A stretch of DNA of 64,000 bases from positions 192,001 to 256,000 of the IMG/VR virus record IMGVR_UViG_2061766007_000586; one strand, written 5' to 3'. The position numbers and the translations under genes are program-made. Each line of letters begins with the position of its first letter. The first letter of the stretch is position 1. Positions 1 to 11,466 of this stretch are shown here, piece by piece. This stretch comes from a virus. Lineage: Duplodnaviria > Caudoviricetes. A model generated the notes under the pieces. The model had not been told where the DNA came from and ran no database searches. It worked only from the letters and a program-made list of their open reading frames with translations.

Positions 1-764
1 TACTTCAGAATAGGTGTATTATATCCGTAAGTACAAAGAAGTTTGTGAGTCTCATCTTTGATAGGATCTAATACTTTCGAAGATGTGTTTCTCATATTGA
101 TTGCGACAGCAGGAATGTCAAAGATCTTTGTTTTGAATCCGTTATATTGACATAAGAGTTTATTTCTTACATCAATGTAACTCTCGATTCTCCTACCCAT
201 ATTAATAAGAGAATCAATAAATACATTGTCTTGAAAGAGCTTCTTGCATAAAGGTCCACTTGCATAAGAAGGAAGGATGTTGTATAAGCCTAATCCATAA
301 TTGAATGCAAGTGTTTCAGCATGCTTGAATTCCCAAATATCGTAATCTGAAACATATTCAACTAATCTTGGAACTGGTTCATTTGGGAATAAGTATTTCC
401 AAGTTAGATAACAACCAGCTCCTTCTGTACTACGATATCCCTCAAGCTCTTGAAATTCTGCATAGGCAGGATCTAAGTAGACTTGATGGTGGTCAATCCA
501 GATTACTGTATTAAAATCACACAGTTTTCTCATTTCTTCTACAGGAAGAGAAAAGTCTGTAATGAATACAATAGATCCTTTTGGGATTTGGAAGTAATTG
601 ATTTGCTTACCATGATTGGTTGCAATAGTCATAACGTCTCTGAAGAAACGTTTGCAGATAAGACCTGATACAGCTCCATCAGCATCAGCAGAATGGGTAA
701 TGTTTACAATTGGTTGTTCAGGTGATAAGATTAAATTTTTATGAAAATCGATACGGTCTGACAT
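1..764 (-). CDS. DHH-family phosphoesterase (partial, runs off window start)
   Basis: Not in the ORF track. Manual translation from ATG at 764 gives MSDRIDF...THSADADGAVS...ITDFS...IWIDHH...VSDYDIW, the DHH motifs. RBS AAGGAG and a TATATTAC motif lie upstream. Confidence 0.85.
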   Translation of the reverse strand, partial: MSDRIDFHKNLILSPEQPIVNITHSADADGAVSGLICKRFFRDVMTIATNHGKQINYFQIPKGSIVFITDFSLPVEEMRKLCDFNTVIWIDHHQVYLDPAYAEFQELEGYRSTEGAGCYLTWKYLFPNEPVPRLVEYVSDYDIWEFKHAETLAFNYGLGLYNILPSYASGPLCKKLFQDNVFIDSLINMGRRIESYIDVRNKLLCQYNGFKTKIFDIPAVAINMRNTSSKVLDPIKDETHKLLCTYGYNTPILK

Positions 765-810
765 AGTTTAACTCCTTGTAGTTTTTCAGCATTAAATACT
801 GTGTATAAAA

Positions 811-818
811 GTAATATA
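811..818 (-). promoter_or_regulatory. phiKZ-like early promoter motif TATATTAC
   Basis: gtaatata on + strand. Exact copies also at 22074, 31731, 32416, 36972, 41179 and 50221, always just upstream of minus-strand genes or RNAs. Confidence 0.65.
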
Positions 819-851
819 TGTACAAATAAAAAATGATATCATCACTGGAGT

Positions 852-1742
852 TTAAACTCCAGTGATGTCATTAATCGTCAAATCAATGTTCTTCTTATAA
901 ATAGAAGGACGTTTAGGGCAATTGATAAACTGTACGACAGGTGTCTCATCACATGTAATAAGACTAATACTATTTACTTCATGTCTCTGTTGCGGTGAAT
1001 GAATAAACTTGGGTTTGATTTCTTCATTACCAACAACAATCGTTCCATGAACGGCATTAGTATCTTTAAAATATGCTTTACCTTGTACAATTACAAGTGC
1101 ATCTTTTTCTACTACAATTGTTCTTGCGTTTCCTGCAACAGGAATGTAAAGAATTCCCCCACTCTTGACATAGATCTTAGATACATGTCCTAAGATCTTA
1201 CAGAATCCACCACGTTCAACCATGATTCTTTCACCAGAATCTATGATACCTACACCATTTGCACAAACGGTTATATTCCTTGCTTTAGTAAGGTGAGCAG
1301 TTCCATAGATTTTAGTTCTTTCACATTGACGTGCTGAAACATTTGTATTAATTGCTACAATTGCATCTTGCACTTTTCTATAAATGTATGTAGCATTATC
1401 TGGAAGCACTCCTGTAACTGGATCTGCTCCTGCTATCGCAACTAATGCATGATCGTTCATTGTGATATATCCTCCATTTTCATGGATGATAGCTGCACCA
1501 CCACAAACTTCAATACGACTAGTTGGTTTAGCATCGATAACATTCATTCCGCCAAAAACCTTTACCAGACCATGGTTGTCTACACAAATGTTTGATTCTC
1601 CGTCTCTGCAAAATACGGTGCCATGAGCAGTTACATAACCGGAGAATGTCCCTCCACAAACTTCGACTTCTGCATCTGCTGCTACTACGGCTTCATTGAA
1701 TCCTTTTCTGAAAATTGTACGACCTGCAACAAGTGTTTCCAT
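852..1742 (-). CDS. hypothetical protein, probable beta-helix/beta-solenoid
   Basis: 296 aa ORF with RBS; repetitive V/I/G-rich short beta segments. Confidence 0.6.
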   Translation of the reverse strand: METLVAGRTIFRKGFNEAVVAADAEVEVCGGTFSGYVTAHGTVFCRDGESNICVDNHGLVKVFGGMNVIDAKPTSRIEVCGGAAIIHENGGYITMNDHALVAIAGADPVTGVLPDNATYIYRKVQDAIVAINTNVSARQCERTKIYGTAHLTKARNITVCANGVGIIDSGERIMVERGGFCKILGHVSKIYVKSGGILYIPVAGNARTIVVEKDALVIVQGKAYFKDTNAVHGTIVVGNEEIKPKFIHSPQQRHEVNSISLITCDETPVVQFINCPKRPSIYKKNIDLTINDITGV

Positions 1743-1778
1743 ATATACTCCTTTTTTTAAAATTGTTAACAGAAAAAC

Positions 1779-1801
1779 AGGACCTCACTTTGTGAGGTCC
1801 T
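1779..1801. terminator. intrinsic terminator hairpin
   Basis: AGGACCTCAC-TTT-GTGAGGTCCT perfect inverted repeat flanked by A/T runs. Confidence 0.7.
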
Positions 1802-1948
1802 TTAGAAGAAAAATGAAAGAGTCATTGAAACAAACATGGAAAATCAATGACGCTTGCAATAATGATGTTTTTTAGAGAAACTAAAACTCTAACTTCTTTT
1901 CTTTCATCATTCTAACTATTATTTATATAATAGTTATATATGCATAAT

Positions 1949-2509
1949 TTATTTTTGATTTTCCAGATTAAGACGTTCCAGATGAATTTCCAAAACTTTA
2001 CAACCATGATGGAAGAAAGAGAACATTGTTGGATTCCATGGCCAACAATCTAATTTTTCTACTTCTCTCATAGTGATAGGTTTTTTATATTTTTTAATAT
2101 TGAATGCTCTATGATTCATAATAGCTTTTTTGTATCCTTGTAAGATAACCATGTTATCTAGTAAAGCTCCTTCATAGATATCATAAAGATCATTAAATTG
2201 TTTCAATGCTGTATCAACAGGATAATTAAAACCGATAAATACTAACATGGAAGTAGTAGCTACAATGTATTCTCTTACTTCACAAATATCGGTTAAATAT
2301 GTATTCATTTCATGCAGCTTTTTCATACCAGCTGCTGTCATTTTTCCATTCGGATCACCGTTCTTTTGAAAATAAATAATATTGTTAATTGGTTCAATCC
2401 ATGTATAAACCAATTTCGTATACTTTTGTAATAATGCTTTGTAATCTTTTTGGAGAGGCAATCTTTCTTGCCTTTTCATGAGTTGCATAAGTTTTTTCTT
2501 AACTGTCAT
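1949..2509 (-). CDS. hypothetical protein
   Basis: 186 aa ORF with AAGGA upstream. Confidence 0.65.
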   Translation of the reverse strand: MTVKKKLMQLMKRQERLPLQKDYKALLQKYTKLVYTWIEPINNIIYFQKNGDPNGKMTAAGMKKLHEMNTYLTDICEVREYIVATTSMLVFIGFNYPVDTALKQFNDLYDIYEGALLDNMVILQGYKKAIMNHRAFNIKKYKKPITMREVEKLDCWPWNPTMFSFFHHGCKVLEIHLERLNLENQK

Positions 2510-2538
2510 TTGAGCAAAATTCCTTATTGTTTGGCTAG

Positions 2539-2548
2539 CATTTTATGC
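2539..2548 (+). promoter_or_regulatory. putative late promoter motif CATTTTATGC
   Basis: Same 10-mer at 14058, 48224 and 56331 (minus), with a variant at 11416, each 20-50 nt upstream of structural-type genes. Contains the TATG core of phiKZ late promoters. Confidence 0.6.
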
Positions 2549-2586
2549 TTTGAACGCTTTTAATATTAATGTAAAGGACGATTTTT

Positions 2587-5478
2587 ATGGCTAATAGAAC
2601 ATCAATTAATGGTCCTACAAGAAATCCTTTTGGAGTATCATTTATCCAAACTGCGTCTGGAGCAACAATAACTGGTGAAATTAAACGTTATCTTACTTAC
2701 CAAGAAATGGTAAGTGATCCAGCACCAGCTCGTTTAGCTACAGTTGCAAACGGATCTCATGATGATCCTGAAGTTTATACGGTACCAGAAGAACACATCG
2801 GTGGTGTTCTTTATCAAAGAGATTTTGTCACCAATACTTGGGTACTTCTCTATACAGAGAAATCTCTTGCAGTTCCTACTTACATTGAATGGAATTATAT
2901 CCTCAATGTTCCACCATGGGTTGGTGGTGTAACTCACAATCGTAAGAAACTGGTTGAAGATACAGTAGCAGAACTTAGAACTACATATTATTCATTTGAT
3001 AATTTTAAACTTATTATTCCTCCTGCTTCGACCAAAGGTGTCGAACTGGGAGAAGAAATAGTTTTAGAGCAATATAGTGGATATGGTGCTATCATTATTC
3101 CGTATGAAGAGGGTGATATCACTACCACAACTGCTGAAATTATTACTGATAACGATACTGGTAAAACCTATCAGGTTATTTATACCTACGCTCCTGCGAC
3201 TGCTACAGATCTTGGAGATGACGAGCATTCTCTGTTATTAAATGGGCATGCTTATGTTTTTCATTTAATCTGCACAGAAGATGATGATGGACTTCGTTAT
3301 TGGTCTTTAATTACAACTGGTGATCAAGCTTGCGATATGGCTCAAGAGCTCCATAAAGAATATACTGATCACTTGTTAGATCCAAATCCTCATAACCAGT
3401 ATTTAAGAAGAGTAGAGCTTGGTAAATATATCACAGCTGCTACTCCTGAAATTCCTGGCTATATTCGTTTAGCTGTTGAAACAGATCTTGGCGGTGATAA
3501 TAATACAAAAGCTATCACTCCTTATCTGTTAACGCAATACGTATCTCAAGTTCTTACAGTTGATTCCGATTTATGGAAAGAATATGTGGATAATAAATTC
3601 AATATTCTTCGTGTTGATTTAGATGATCATATCAATAACACTGATATTCATGTGACATTGGATGATAAAAACAGATGGAATTCCTTAACTCAAATTGCAC
3701 ATGATGCAGGTGATATGTCATATCACCTTACAGATCCACTTGCTCATTATGATTTATTTGCTACAAAAGCAGATTTAAATCATAATCACATCCCATCAGA
3801 ACAAGAGCAAGCAAATCTTGCTGTAAATGTACACAATGATAGTGAAAACGCGCATACTGCTTTATTTGCTAAAAAGCAAGATGTATTAACATTTGTTCAA
3901 GGTGAAGGAATACAGATCAATACTGTTGGTAATAAAGTTACTATTAGTTGTACTGTTATTCCAACTGCTCCATCCGAACCAGATAAAGATACAACTTATT
4001 CTGCTGGAACTTACATTAACATTACAAATGATAATGTGATCAATAGCTCTTTAGTTGCAGGAAAGTATGTTATTATCGCACCAGCGTTTGATGAAGACGG
4101 TGATCCTATTTACGATCAGGTTGGTCCGGACGCAACTTACAAAATTACGGTTACAGAAGCATCAGCTACACAAAAAGGTGTAACACAGTTAGTTACTGCA
4201 ATTGATGATTCAAATAAAGATAATTTTGATTCAGCAGTGACTCCTGGCGCTTTAACAAATTTATTCTCTCTTTATGAGCATATCAGTGAACGTTTTGGAG
4301 CCAAGGACGCAAATGGTTTAAGAACTATAGATTCGTCTGGTTGGGTTAAATTTCCATCTATGTCAAGTCGTATTTATCCTGGTAAGTGTCTTGCTGTTGC
4401 CTGGGGTATTTCTCCAATTTATTATGATTCAGAATTAAATAGTCCACTTCAGTTTAGCTTAGAACTTGATGGATGCTGCAAATTCTATCGCCTTATTTAT
4501 CCTATATTTGACTTCGTTCCGCTAACTAACAAAAGTGGTAATAAGCTTATTGCCAAAAAATTTGACGGAACTGAAGAAGAATTTACTAGTGCTTACAAAT
4601 GGAGCGATGTGGATATGCATATCCATTACCCTGACGATGGTATATATGGTAAAGTAGCTTCTACTGATTCAGATAAGAATCCAGATGTTTCTGCTATAAC
4701 AAAAATCTTACTTTATATGCAAGATGATACTAATAAAAAACGTTTGTTTAGACTTCGTTGGATGATCATTGGATATACATCTGCATTTGCTGATGAAGTT
4801 TGGGACATTACTCCGACTGTAGCAGTAAAATGCAATCGTGATTGTAGCGGTAACAATGGTAATTATTGGTGGGAGAAAGCATTAACATCTAATTACAAAA
4901 TGTTCAGTTCAGATGACATTGATTATATTGCTCCAAAAGGTTGGATGCAAGCATATCGAGATGTCGGTGATCATTGGCAAATTGAAATAAGTGTTACTTG
5001 GACAATACAGCGTAAAGATAAGGATACTACAAGCGGTAAAAAATATCGAATCAATGGTAAAAACGGTATCCAAGTTGGTGCTATTGCTACTATAGAAAGT
5101 AGATATAAAGATTCGAAAAAAGCTCAAACAAAAGTTGCTATTATTCTAAATGGTGCTGTAATAGATATGGCAACTAAGAAAATCACAGGTATTCAAGTTC
5201 GTTTTATTAACGTTGCTCAAAGCAATACTAATGTTGCTAAAACATATACATCGATAGATATGGGTAACGTTAATGAAAGCAAGAAATTGATTAACATTAA
5301 TGCTTCAGCTGGTCAGATTGAACCAAAATCTAGAAGAACCAATGGATATATATCGACTTCTTATACAGACAATGCTATTCAACTCAAAATGTATATTGAA
5401 GGATGGTCGCAGCATGATGGGGTTACTTATCGCTGTTCGTATAGTCCTAATGATTTGATAACATTAACATATAGTTAA
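2587..5478 (+). CDS. tail fibre protein
   Basis: HLLDPNPHNQY motif, ATxxxxGxxRLA fibre repeats and AGTYINI repeats; 963 aa. Confidence 0.8.
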   Translation: MANRTSINGPTRNPFGVSFIQTASGATITGEIKRYLTYQEMVSDPAPARLATVANGSHDDPEVYTVPEEHIGGVLYQRDFVTNTWVLLYTEKSLAVPTYIEWNYILNVPPWVGGVTHNRKKLVEDTVAELRTTYYSFDNFKLIIPPASTKGVELGEEIVLEQYSGYGAIIIPYEEGDITTTTAEIITDNDTGKTYQVIYTYAPATATDLGDDEHSLLLNGHAYVFHLICTEDDDGLRYWSLITTGDQACDMAQELHKEYTDHLLDPNPHNQYLRRVELGKYITAATPEIPGYIRLAVETDLGGDNNTKAITPYLLTQYVSQVLTVDSDLWKEYVDNKFNILRVDLDDHINNTDIHVTLDDKNRWNSLTQIAHDAGDMSYHLTDPLAHYDLFATKADLNHNHIPSEQEQANLAVNVHNDSENAHTALFAKKQDVLTFVQGEGIQINTVGNKVTISCTVIPTAPSEPDKDTTYSAGTYINITNDNVINSSLVAGKYVIIAPAFDEDGDPIYDQVGPDATYKITVTEASATQKGVTQLVTAIDDSNKDNFDSAVTPGALTNLFSLYEHISERFGAKDANGLRTIDSSGWVKFPSMSSRIYPGKCLAVAWGISPIYYDSELNSPLQFSLELDGCCKFYRLIYPIFDFVPLTNKSGNKLIAKKFDGTEEEFTSAYKWSDVDMHIHYPDDGIYGKVASTDSDKNPDVSAITKILLYMQDDTNKKRLFRLRWMIIGYTSAFADEVWDITPTVAVKCNRDCSGNNGNYWWEKALTSNYKMFSSDDIDYIAPKGWMQAYRDVGDHWQIEISVTWTIQRKDKDTTSGKKYRINGKNGIQVGAIATIESRYKDSKKAQTKVAIILNGAVIDMATKKITGIQVRFINVAQSNTNVAKTYTSIDMGNVNESKKLININASAGQIEPKSRRTNGYISTSYTDNAIQLKMYIEGWSQHDGVTYRCSYSPNDLITLTYS

Positions 5479-5491
5479 GGGTTTAGTTACT

Positions 5492-8131
5492 ATGCCTTTT
5501 AGTAATCTTTCCAATATATCTAATTTGATGGTACCTCCAACTACAACCATGTCAGCACATGTAGAAGCAGCAAATCCGCATCCAATGTATCTGCTAACTT
5601 CAAGTCTAGTAGATGCAGTAAGTGCTAAGATCACTGTTGATTGTCTGAATGATGTTCATGTTGAAGATGTATCTATGTTAGATAGTACTGTACTATTTCA
5701 TAGTGCAGGTGTGTGGCAACCGCTTCCGGTTGCCACACTTCTTTCTGGTGTTAGAGTAGGTTATGCTACAACAGTTGAATCAGGTATTGTAAGACTAGCC
5801 ACTTATAATGACATCAGTGTTAAAAACAGCATTGCTGCTGTTACTCCTAATCTTCTTGTGGACTATGTCTCAGAAGCATTAGTTCCTGTTAATTCTACAA
5901 TCTCTTCTATCCAGTATGCAGTGGATCATTTATCTACTCCATATGCTACTACTGATGCAAGTGGTGTTGTGAAATTAGCAGTTTATCCTGATATTGCTGG
6001 TAATAATTCTTCTACAGTTATTACTCCTAATTTATTAAAAGAATATGTGACTTCTGCTATTATTAATTTTAATGGTACACTTGAAATTCCTACAGTGGCT
6101 AATGCGACAACTACTGAAAACGGTATTGTTCGCTTAGCTACATTAGACGATGTTTCAAATACAAATCTTACCATTGAAGATCCGATAGTAGTTACTCCAC
6201 CTATTCTTGATGCTTATGTTCAAACTAGTGTAAGTGTTATTAATAACAATATCGCTTTAAAGCAGGATAAGCTTTCTGCGGGTACTGGCATTGAAATTGT
6301 ATCTATGTCAAATGGTACACCTGTTTATCCTCAGGTTATCAATTGTACAGTTTCCTATCATCCTGGTACTGGTATTGATATTGATGGAAATAATAGTATT
6401 CATTGTACTATAACATCAAAAGAATATCATCCAGGAAGTAATATTGATATTGATTCCAATGATTCAATTCATTGTACATATGTACCTCCGAATGCTACTA
6501 CGACTATAGCTGGTATTGTAAAATTAATTGATAGTCTTCCGTGTAATGATTCTGATTTGCATACTGCTGCGATTACTCCTGGCGCTTTAGTTGATAGCAC
6601 TATAAGTGGAGTAATTAACAAAACATGGAGACCTGTTAGTGATGGAAAATTTCAATTAGGTCGTGGAGATGCTACTATTACAGATGGCTGTTTGAAATTT
6701 CCATTCTTACGTACCGGATCATTATGCTTAGCTATGGTTTGGGGAAGAACTGATCTGATACGAAATGAAAAAACATGCATGTATGACATTGATATTCGTA
6801 GCGTTGGACAAGATAAATTGTACGATGTTATTACAGTGAATTTTAATGTTGAGCCATATGGTGGTCCTGAAGCATATGTAAGAAGCAAGAGTGGAAATAT
6901 GTCAGGTACTATAAGTTATGGCGGTGTAAATTATGATCGTAATGATGCTTCATATTTCGCTACAGCCGATACTACAACTAGTAGTGTAAATACCATGGCA
7001 AGTGGCGTACACTTTATTGTAGATCCAAATGATATTGAATCACCTTATACTCCAATTGATTCTACAAGAATTAATATAACTGGTAGAGGTGATGCTGAGT
7101 ATCAACTCGGATCTAAGAATAATCAACAAAATTTTGAATTAGATAATGTAGTCGTACAGTACGCTGGTGCAATACATACTTCACGCGTAAATAGTTATGG
7201 TAAAGGTTATCTCATAAGAGGTATTGAAAGTATAAGTAATCCTGTTACACATCTTAGAACAGTTTTAAACCATATTAACACTAGCGCACATCGAACATGG
7301 TTTTACGCACATTGGTGGGTGCTTGGATTTACAACTGTTTCTGCTAGTGTATGGAATGCAAATGAAGTACCTTTACCTGATGTTTGGGAATATGTTGATC
7401 ACGTGAGTGATGTTACAACAACTCTTCGTCATGTACCTGGTGAATTGATTGCTAAAGCTTATGCTGCAGCTAATTTCAATGAATCAGTTTTAATTAATGT
7501 ATTTAATAATAGGGTAACTACTGATAATCCTGACGATCCTGAGTTACTATATAGATGCACTAATGAGAAAGCTGGTGATTATAATGAACTTGCTTTCTTA
7601 GCACCATATTGGTCTATTAAACGTGTTGTTGGTGATTATAAGTTAGGTGGTTATTATAAATGTCCAGGATTCCATTTGTATTTATATGCAGAAACGAATG
7701 CTAGAAAAGATTATTATCCTCCACCGACAACTACTATAGTGTTTGATGATAATACGCGAATTGACATGGCAACGTGTCAATTAATCGATGTTTTAGTTAA
7801 TAATGTTCGTAAAACATTTACATTCGGAAATGCTGGTCTTCATGTTGATGTTGCCGATTGGACTGCTGCATATTCATCAAATACTGCTGCAGTATTGAAC
7901 GAATATGCATATAACGGAGAAGCAACATTAGATTTTCAGCAAAACAGTGGTCCTGATTATGAAGGTAGAAACGTTGGATTGTATTTATCATACACTGGAG
8001 ATTACATTATATTCCGTGGAGCTGCTAAAGCATATGGTGAAGAAACAAATTATGCTCGAGTTGTTGTAGATTACCCCAAGAATATTAATTTCAAATATTA
8101 TTATTCTGAAAAAGTTAAAAAGACAACTTAA
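5492..8131 (+). CDS. tail fibre protein
   Basis: HVEAANPHPMY, several ATTxxxGIVRLA repeats and GTGIxI repeats; N-terminus paralogous to the next two genes. Confidence 0.85.
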   Translation: MPFSNLSNISNLMVPPTTTMSAHVEAANPHPMYLLTSSLVDAVSAKITVDCLNDVHVEDVSMLDSTVLFHSAGVWQPLPVATLLSGVRVGYATTVESGIVRLATYNDISVKNSIAAVTPNLLVDYVSEALVPVNSTISSIQYAVDHLSTPYATTDASGVVKLAVYPDIAGNNSSTVITPNLLKEYVTSAIINFNGTLEIPTVANATTTENGIVRLATLDDVSNTNLTIEDPIVVTPPILDAYVQTSVSVINNNIALKQDKLSAGTGIEIVSMSNGTPVYPQVINCTVSYHPGTGIDIDGNNSIHCTITSKEYHPGSNIDIDSNDSIHCTYVPPNATTTIAGIVKLIDSLPCNDSDLHTAAITPGALVDSTISGVINKTWRPVSDGKFQLGRGDATITDGCLKFPFLRTGSLCLAMVWGRTDLIRNEKTCMYDIDIRSVGQDKLYDVITVNFNVEPYGGPEAYVRSKSGNMSGTISYGGVNYDRNDASYFATADTTTSSVNTMASGVHFIVDPNDIESPYTPIDSTRINITGRGDAEYQLGSKNNQQNFELDNVVVQYAGAIHTSRVNSYGKGYLIRGIESISNPVTHLRTVLNHINTSAHRTWFYAHWWVLGFTTVSASVWNANEVPLPDVWEYVDHVSDVTTTLRHVPGELIAKAYAAANFNESVLINVFNNRVTTDNPDDPELLYRCTNEKAGDYNELAFLAPYWSIKRVVGDYKLGGYYKCPGFHLYLYAETNARKDYYPPPTTTIVFDDNTRIDMATCQLIDVLVNNVRKTFTFGNAGLHVDVADWTAAYSSNTAAVLNEYAYNGEATLDFQQNSGPDYEGRNVGLYLSYTGDYIIFRGAAKAYGEETNYARVVVDYPKNINFKYYYSEKVKKTT

Positions 8132-8146
8132 TTTAAGGTATAAATC

Positions 8147-11100
8147 ATGCCTAATATTTCGAATTTAACAATACCGCCGACGACTACAATGTCGGCACAT
8201 ATTGCTGCGAGTGATCCACATCCGATGTATGTGCTTACTGATCAGCTAAAAGCTGCTGCTAAAACACAGATTTCAGTAAGTGATTTACAGGATGTAGTCA
8301 TTGACAGTGATACAACTTTGAATCGAACTATTTTGATTCATAATGACGGTTGTTGGAAACCAATTTCAGTAGATGATTTATTGGATGGTATTTCTCTACC
8401 GGTTGCAACAACTACGAAATATGGTGTGGCAAAGTTAGCCACTTACCGCGATATCGCGGTAAGTGGCTCTTCTACTGTAGTCACACCTAACCTGTTAATC
8501 GAATATGTATCGAACGCATTATCCGATTATCAAGCACCTGCTAATTATTCATATGCTACTACAACTACAAGTGGCATTGTGAGATTAGCAACTAATACAG
8601 ATCTAACAAATCGTGATCAAAGTGCTGTTGTTACTCCTTATTTATTACGTCAGTATGTGGATACACTGCCTCGTGGTAGTGGTACTACAACTTCTGTTAT
8701 AGTTTCTGCTCCTCTTGCTACACACACTGTAGCTGGTGTTGCTAAATTAGCAGTAGCATCTGATATTGTAAATAGTGTAACATCTATGATTGTTACACCT
8801 GATTTAGTAGCATCAGTTAGTAACAATATTTCTAGAACAATTAGTGCAGCTAGTTCAACACTAAATGCATCTATTACAAATGCAAGTTCTGCGTTGAATG
8901 TATCTATTACAAATGCAAGCTCCGCACTGAATGTAGCAAAACAGAATGTATTGACAGCAAGTAATGCAGGAACAGGTATCTCTATTTCTTCTACTACAGA
9001 AGGTGTCAAGATCAATTGTACTGTACAACCTGGAAGTGGTGGAAAAACTTATTTCGATGGTAGTTACACTTCTATTAATACTAATAATAATACAATCAAT
9101 TGTATTTTAACTGGTGATGGTAGTACAATTGAAATTGTAAATAGTTCTCAAATTCATGCTCTTATTTCTGGTGGTAGTAGTAATGTTCCAATATTGTCTC
9201 ATTTGTACGCTATGCATGCTACTAATAAAACGCATGCAGTTGCTCCTATGGCAATTGTTGGTAGTTTTATTAATGCTACAATGATGGGTTTTAATGTTGG
9301 TGCAATTAAGCCATTCTTAAAATCAATTGGTGTTACTTGCTGTAGTTTACCTAATGTATTTTGTACAACTGGTATGACAACTACAACGGTAGCAGATCCA
9401 ACAGCTAAAAGTAATCTGGAACATGTAGCTTCTAATAGGCATAGCACGACTGGTGGTTTCTATGTTGTACCATCAACAAGCTTATGCTCTAAATATAGAG
9501 AAATGCTTACTAGTTCACAGTACACTTACATTGAAGATTATCTTACAAGTGGAATTCCTCACAGTACTATTCTTGCTTGGGATAATACAGCTGTTATGTT
9601 ACCATTAGGCTCTGAAACTACATCTTCTATTAATCGACTTGTTATAGAATTTGGACGTACTAGACCTATTGTGGCTGGTGATGATTTTCCCCATGAACAC
9701 TACTTAATGAAACCATTTGGTAAGCTGTTATATTGTGGACTAACCATGATTAATCATGGTAGTGATTACTATAATCAGCCTTATGATTTAGCTCCACAGC
9801 TTATGGGTGAAATTTATGATTCACATACTTCTATTGTAGCTGAAGGTCAATCTTACGTAAAAGGTTTCTCTTATATGGCACAAAGAATGTGGGCTGTTGG
9901 AACTGGTGCTCCTATTCAGTTCGCATATGTAGCGATTGGTACAGAAGTAAAACCCGTGAATAAAAATGTATCAGCTGAGTATTACGAATGGCCAGGTGGT
10001 GGTGTTCTTTCTCATACATCAATTGTTTCAGACACTGACGGACTTCGCTTAGTTACGTTAACTCCTGAAGAAGAAGAAGCAATAAAATCTAGTTCTGATA
10101 ATGGAATTGATGCGAAATTCACAGAAGTTGTTTCAACTATGTGGGGTTGGCAAGGGCTAGGTGTGTACTGGAGCGCTCATGCAAATTCAACAGGTGCAAC
10201 AGGTGCAACAACTAATCAAATTGCCATATCAAGCGATACATGGTATCAGTGTGATGACATGTGGAGTGGTTGTGGTAATGTATACAAAGCTACAGAACCT
10301 GGTTATTCCATGGGTGAAACTGATCCGTCAAGTTCTGGTGTAAATCCGACCACTCGTACAATTAAGAATGAAACAGTTATATTAAGTAATCGCCCTGGAA
10401 TGGAACAGAGTGTTGCTGCTGTTGCAATAGGATCCAGTGGTATTCTTGAAGTTATGAGTGGCTGTGTTGCCGATTACCCGACAGTAAACGATAGTGGTCT
10501 TCTCAAGATTTCTAATGGTGGTACTGTCACATGGCCAATTGTTAATTCTAACGGATCTGTAATTGTATTTACTGGTGGAACAGTTACTGATCTTCTCATG
10601 AATTCATACGGATATGTTTATGTATCTACAGGTGGATATATTTCTAATGTAGAAGTCAATGAATCTGGTTCTTTATTCATTGGTAATACATATCCTGAAA
10701 TGGCAGGTGGTAGTTGTGATAGTGTAATCCTTAGTGGTGGTGTGAGAATTTGCTCCGGCGGACAAGCGACATATGTAGATGTCAGACAATCTGGATCTAT
10801 ATATGTTGAATCTGGACAATTAACAAGTGCTGTTGTCGGTTCTAATGGATCAATGACACTAGAATCATCAGCAAGTGTAAATTGTGTTAGTGTCAACTCT
10901 AGTGGTTATGTTACCGTATCCGATAATGCATCTGTCTCTAACCTTAAGGTGAATATAGGTGGAGAGGTTTGGATAGCAGAATCTGCTACAGATGTATCTA
11001 TTATTGAAAATGGTGGCTATGTGTCTGAAGAAAATAGTTCTGTTGTTACATTTATATCAAATGTATTTACAGGAACTTATTCTTCTGGATTATCAGCAAC

Positions 11101-11362
11101 TGTGCATTCAGGTACTTCAGCCAGTGATGTAACACTTGAATATGGTGCAGAAATGTCGGTTTATTCCGGTGGTGCACTTATTAATCCACAAATCGAAGAA
11201 GGCGCGTATGTGTGTATTCGTAGTGGTGGTACACTTGTCATTTCTGATACTACAAATATAGCCAGTATACATATGTCTTCTGGTGCTATTAAAGTAAGTG
11301 GAGAAGATACAAGTGTTGTAACTGGTGGTGAGTATTCGTGTATTAATGGTGAATTTAGTTAA
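8147..11362 (+). CDS. tail fibre protein with C-terminal AIDA/autotransporter-like beta-helix repeats
   Basis: Fibre N-terminus (HIAASDPHPMY, ATTTxxGxxxLA); last ~330 aa are VxSGG/NxxG adhesin-type repeats. Confidence 0.8.
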   Translation: MPNISNLTIPPTTTMSAHIAASDPHPMYVLTDQLKAAAKTQISVSDLQDVVIDSDTTLNRTILIHNDGCWKPISVDDLLDGISLPVATTTKYGVAKLATYRDIAVSGSSTVVTPNLLIEYVSNALSDYQAPANYSYATTTTSGIVRLATNTDLTNRDQSAVVTPYLLRQYVDTLPRGSGTTTSVIVSAPLATHTVAGVAKLAVASDIVNSVTSMIVTPDLVASVSNNISRTISAASSTLNASITNASSALNVSITNASSALNVAKQNVLTASNAGTGISISSTTEGVKINCTVQPGSGGKTYFDGSYTSINTNNNTINCILTGDGSTIEIVNSSQIHALISGGSSNVPILSHLYAMHATNKTHAVAPMAIVGSFINATMMGFNVGAIKPFLKSIGVTCCSLPNVFCTTGMTTTTVADPTAKSNLEHVASNRHSTTGGFYVVPSTSLCSKYREMLTSSQYTYIEDYLTSGIPHSTILAWDNTAVMLPLGSETTSSINRLVIEFGRTRPIVAGDDFPHEHYLMKPFGKLLYCGLTMINHGSDYYNQPYDLAPQLMGEIYDSHTSIVAEGQSYVKGFSYMAQRMWAVGTGAPIQFAYVAIGTEVKPVNKNVSAEYYEWPGGGVLSHTSIVSDTDGLRLVTLTPEEEEAIKSSSDNGIDAKFTEVVSTMWGWQGLGVYWSAHANSTGATGATTNQIAISSDTWYQCDDMWSGCGNVYKATEPGYSMGETDPSSSGVNPTTRTIKNETVILSNRPGMEQSVAAVAIGSSGILEVMSGCVADYPTVNDSGLLKISNGGTVTWPIVNSNGSVIVFTGGTVTDLLMNSYGYVYVSTGGYISNVEVNESGSLFIGNTYPEMAGGSCDSVILSGGVRICSGGQATYVDVRQSGSIYVESGQLTSAVVGSNGSMTLESSASVNCVSVNSSGYVTVSDNASVSNLKVNIGGEVWIAESATDVSIIENGGYVSEENSSVVTFISNVFTGTYSSGLSATVHSGTSASDVTLEYGAEMSVYSGGALINPQIEEGAYVCIRSGGTLVISDTTNIASIHMSSGAIKVSGEDTSVVTGGEYSCINGEFS
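8864..8935 (+). repeat. 33-nt in-frame tandem repeat (NxSITNASSAL, about 2 copies)
   Basis: AATG(C/T)ATCTATTACAAATGCAAG(T/C)TC repeated within the fibre coiled coil. Confidence 0.7.
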
Positions 11363-11373
11363 TATTAATTCCT

Positions 11374-11410
11374 AACTATCTCTGCCTAGAAATAGGCAGA
11401 GATAGTTTTT
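11374..11410 (+). terminator. intrinsic terminator
   Basis: AACTATCTCTGCCTA-GAAA-TAGGCAGAGATAGTT followed by Ts. Confidence 0.8.
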
Positions 11411-11466
11411 CAAAGCATTTTATTGAACGGGCTTTTTTTATTTTAACATTTATAAAGGAGAGCATT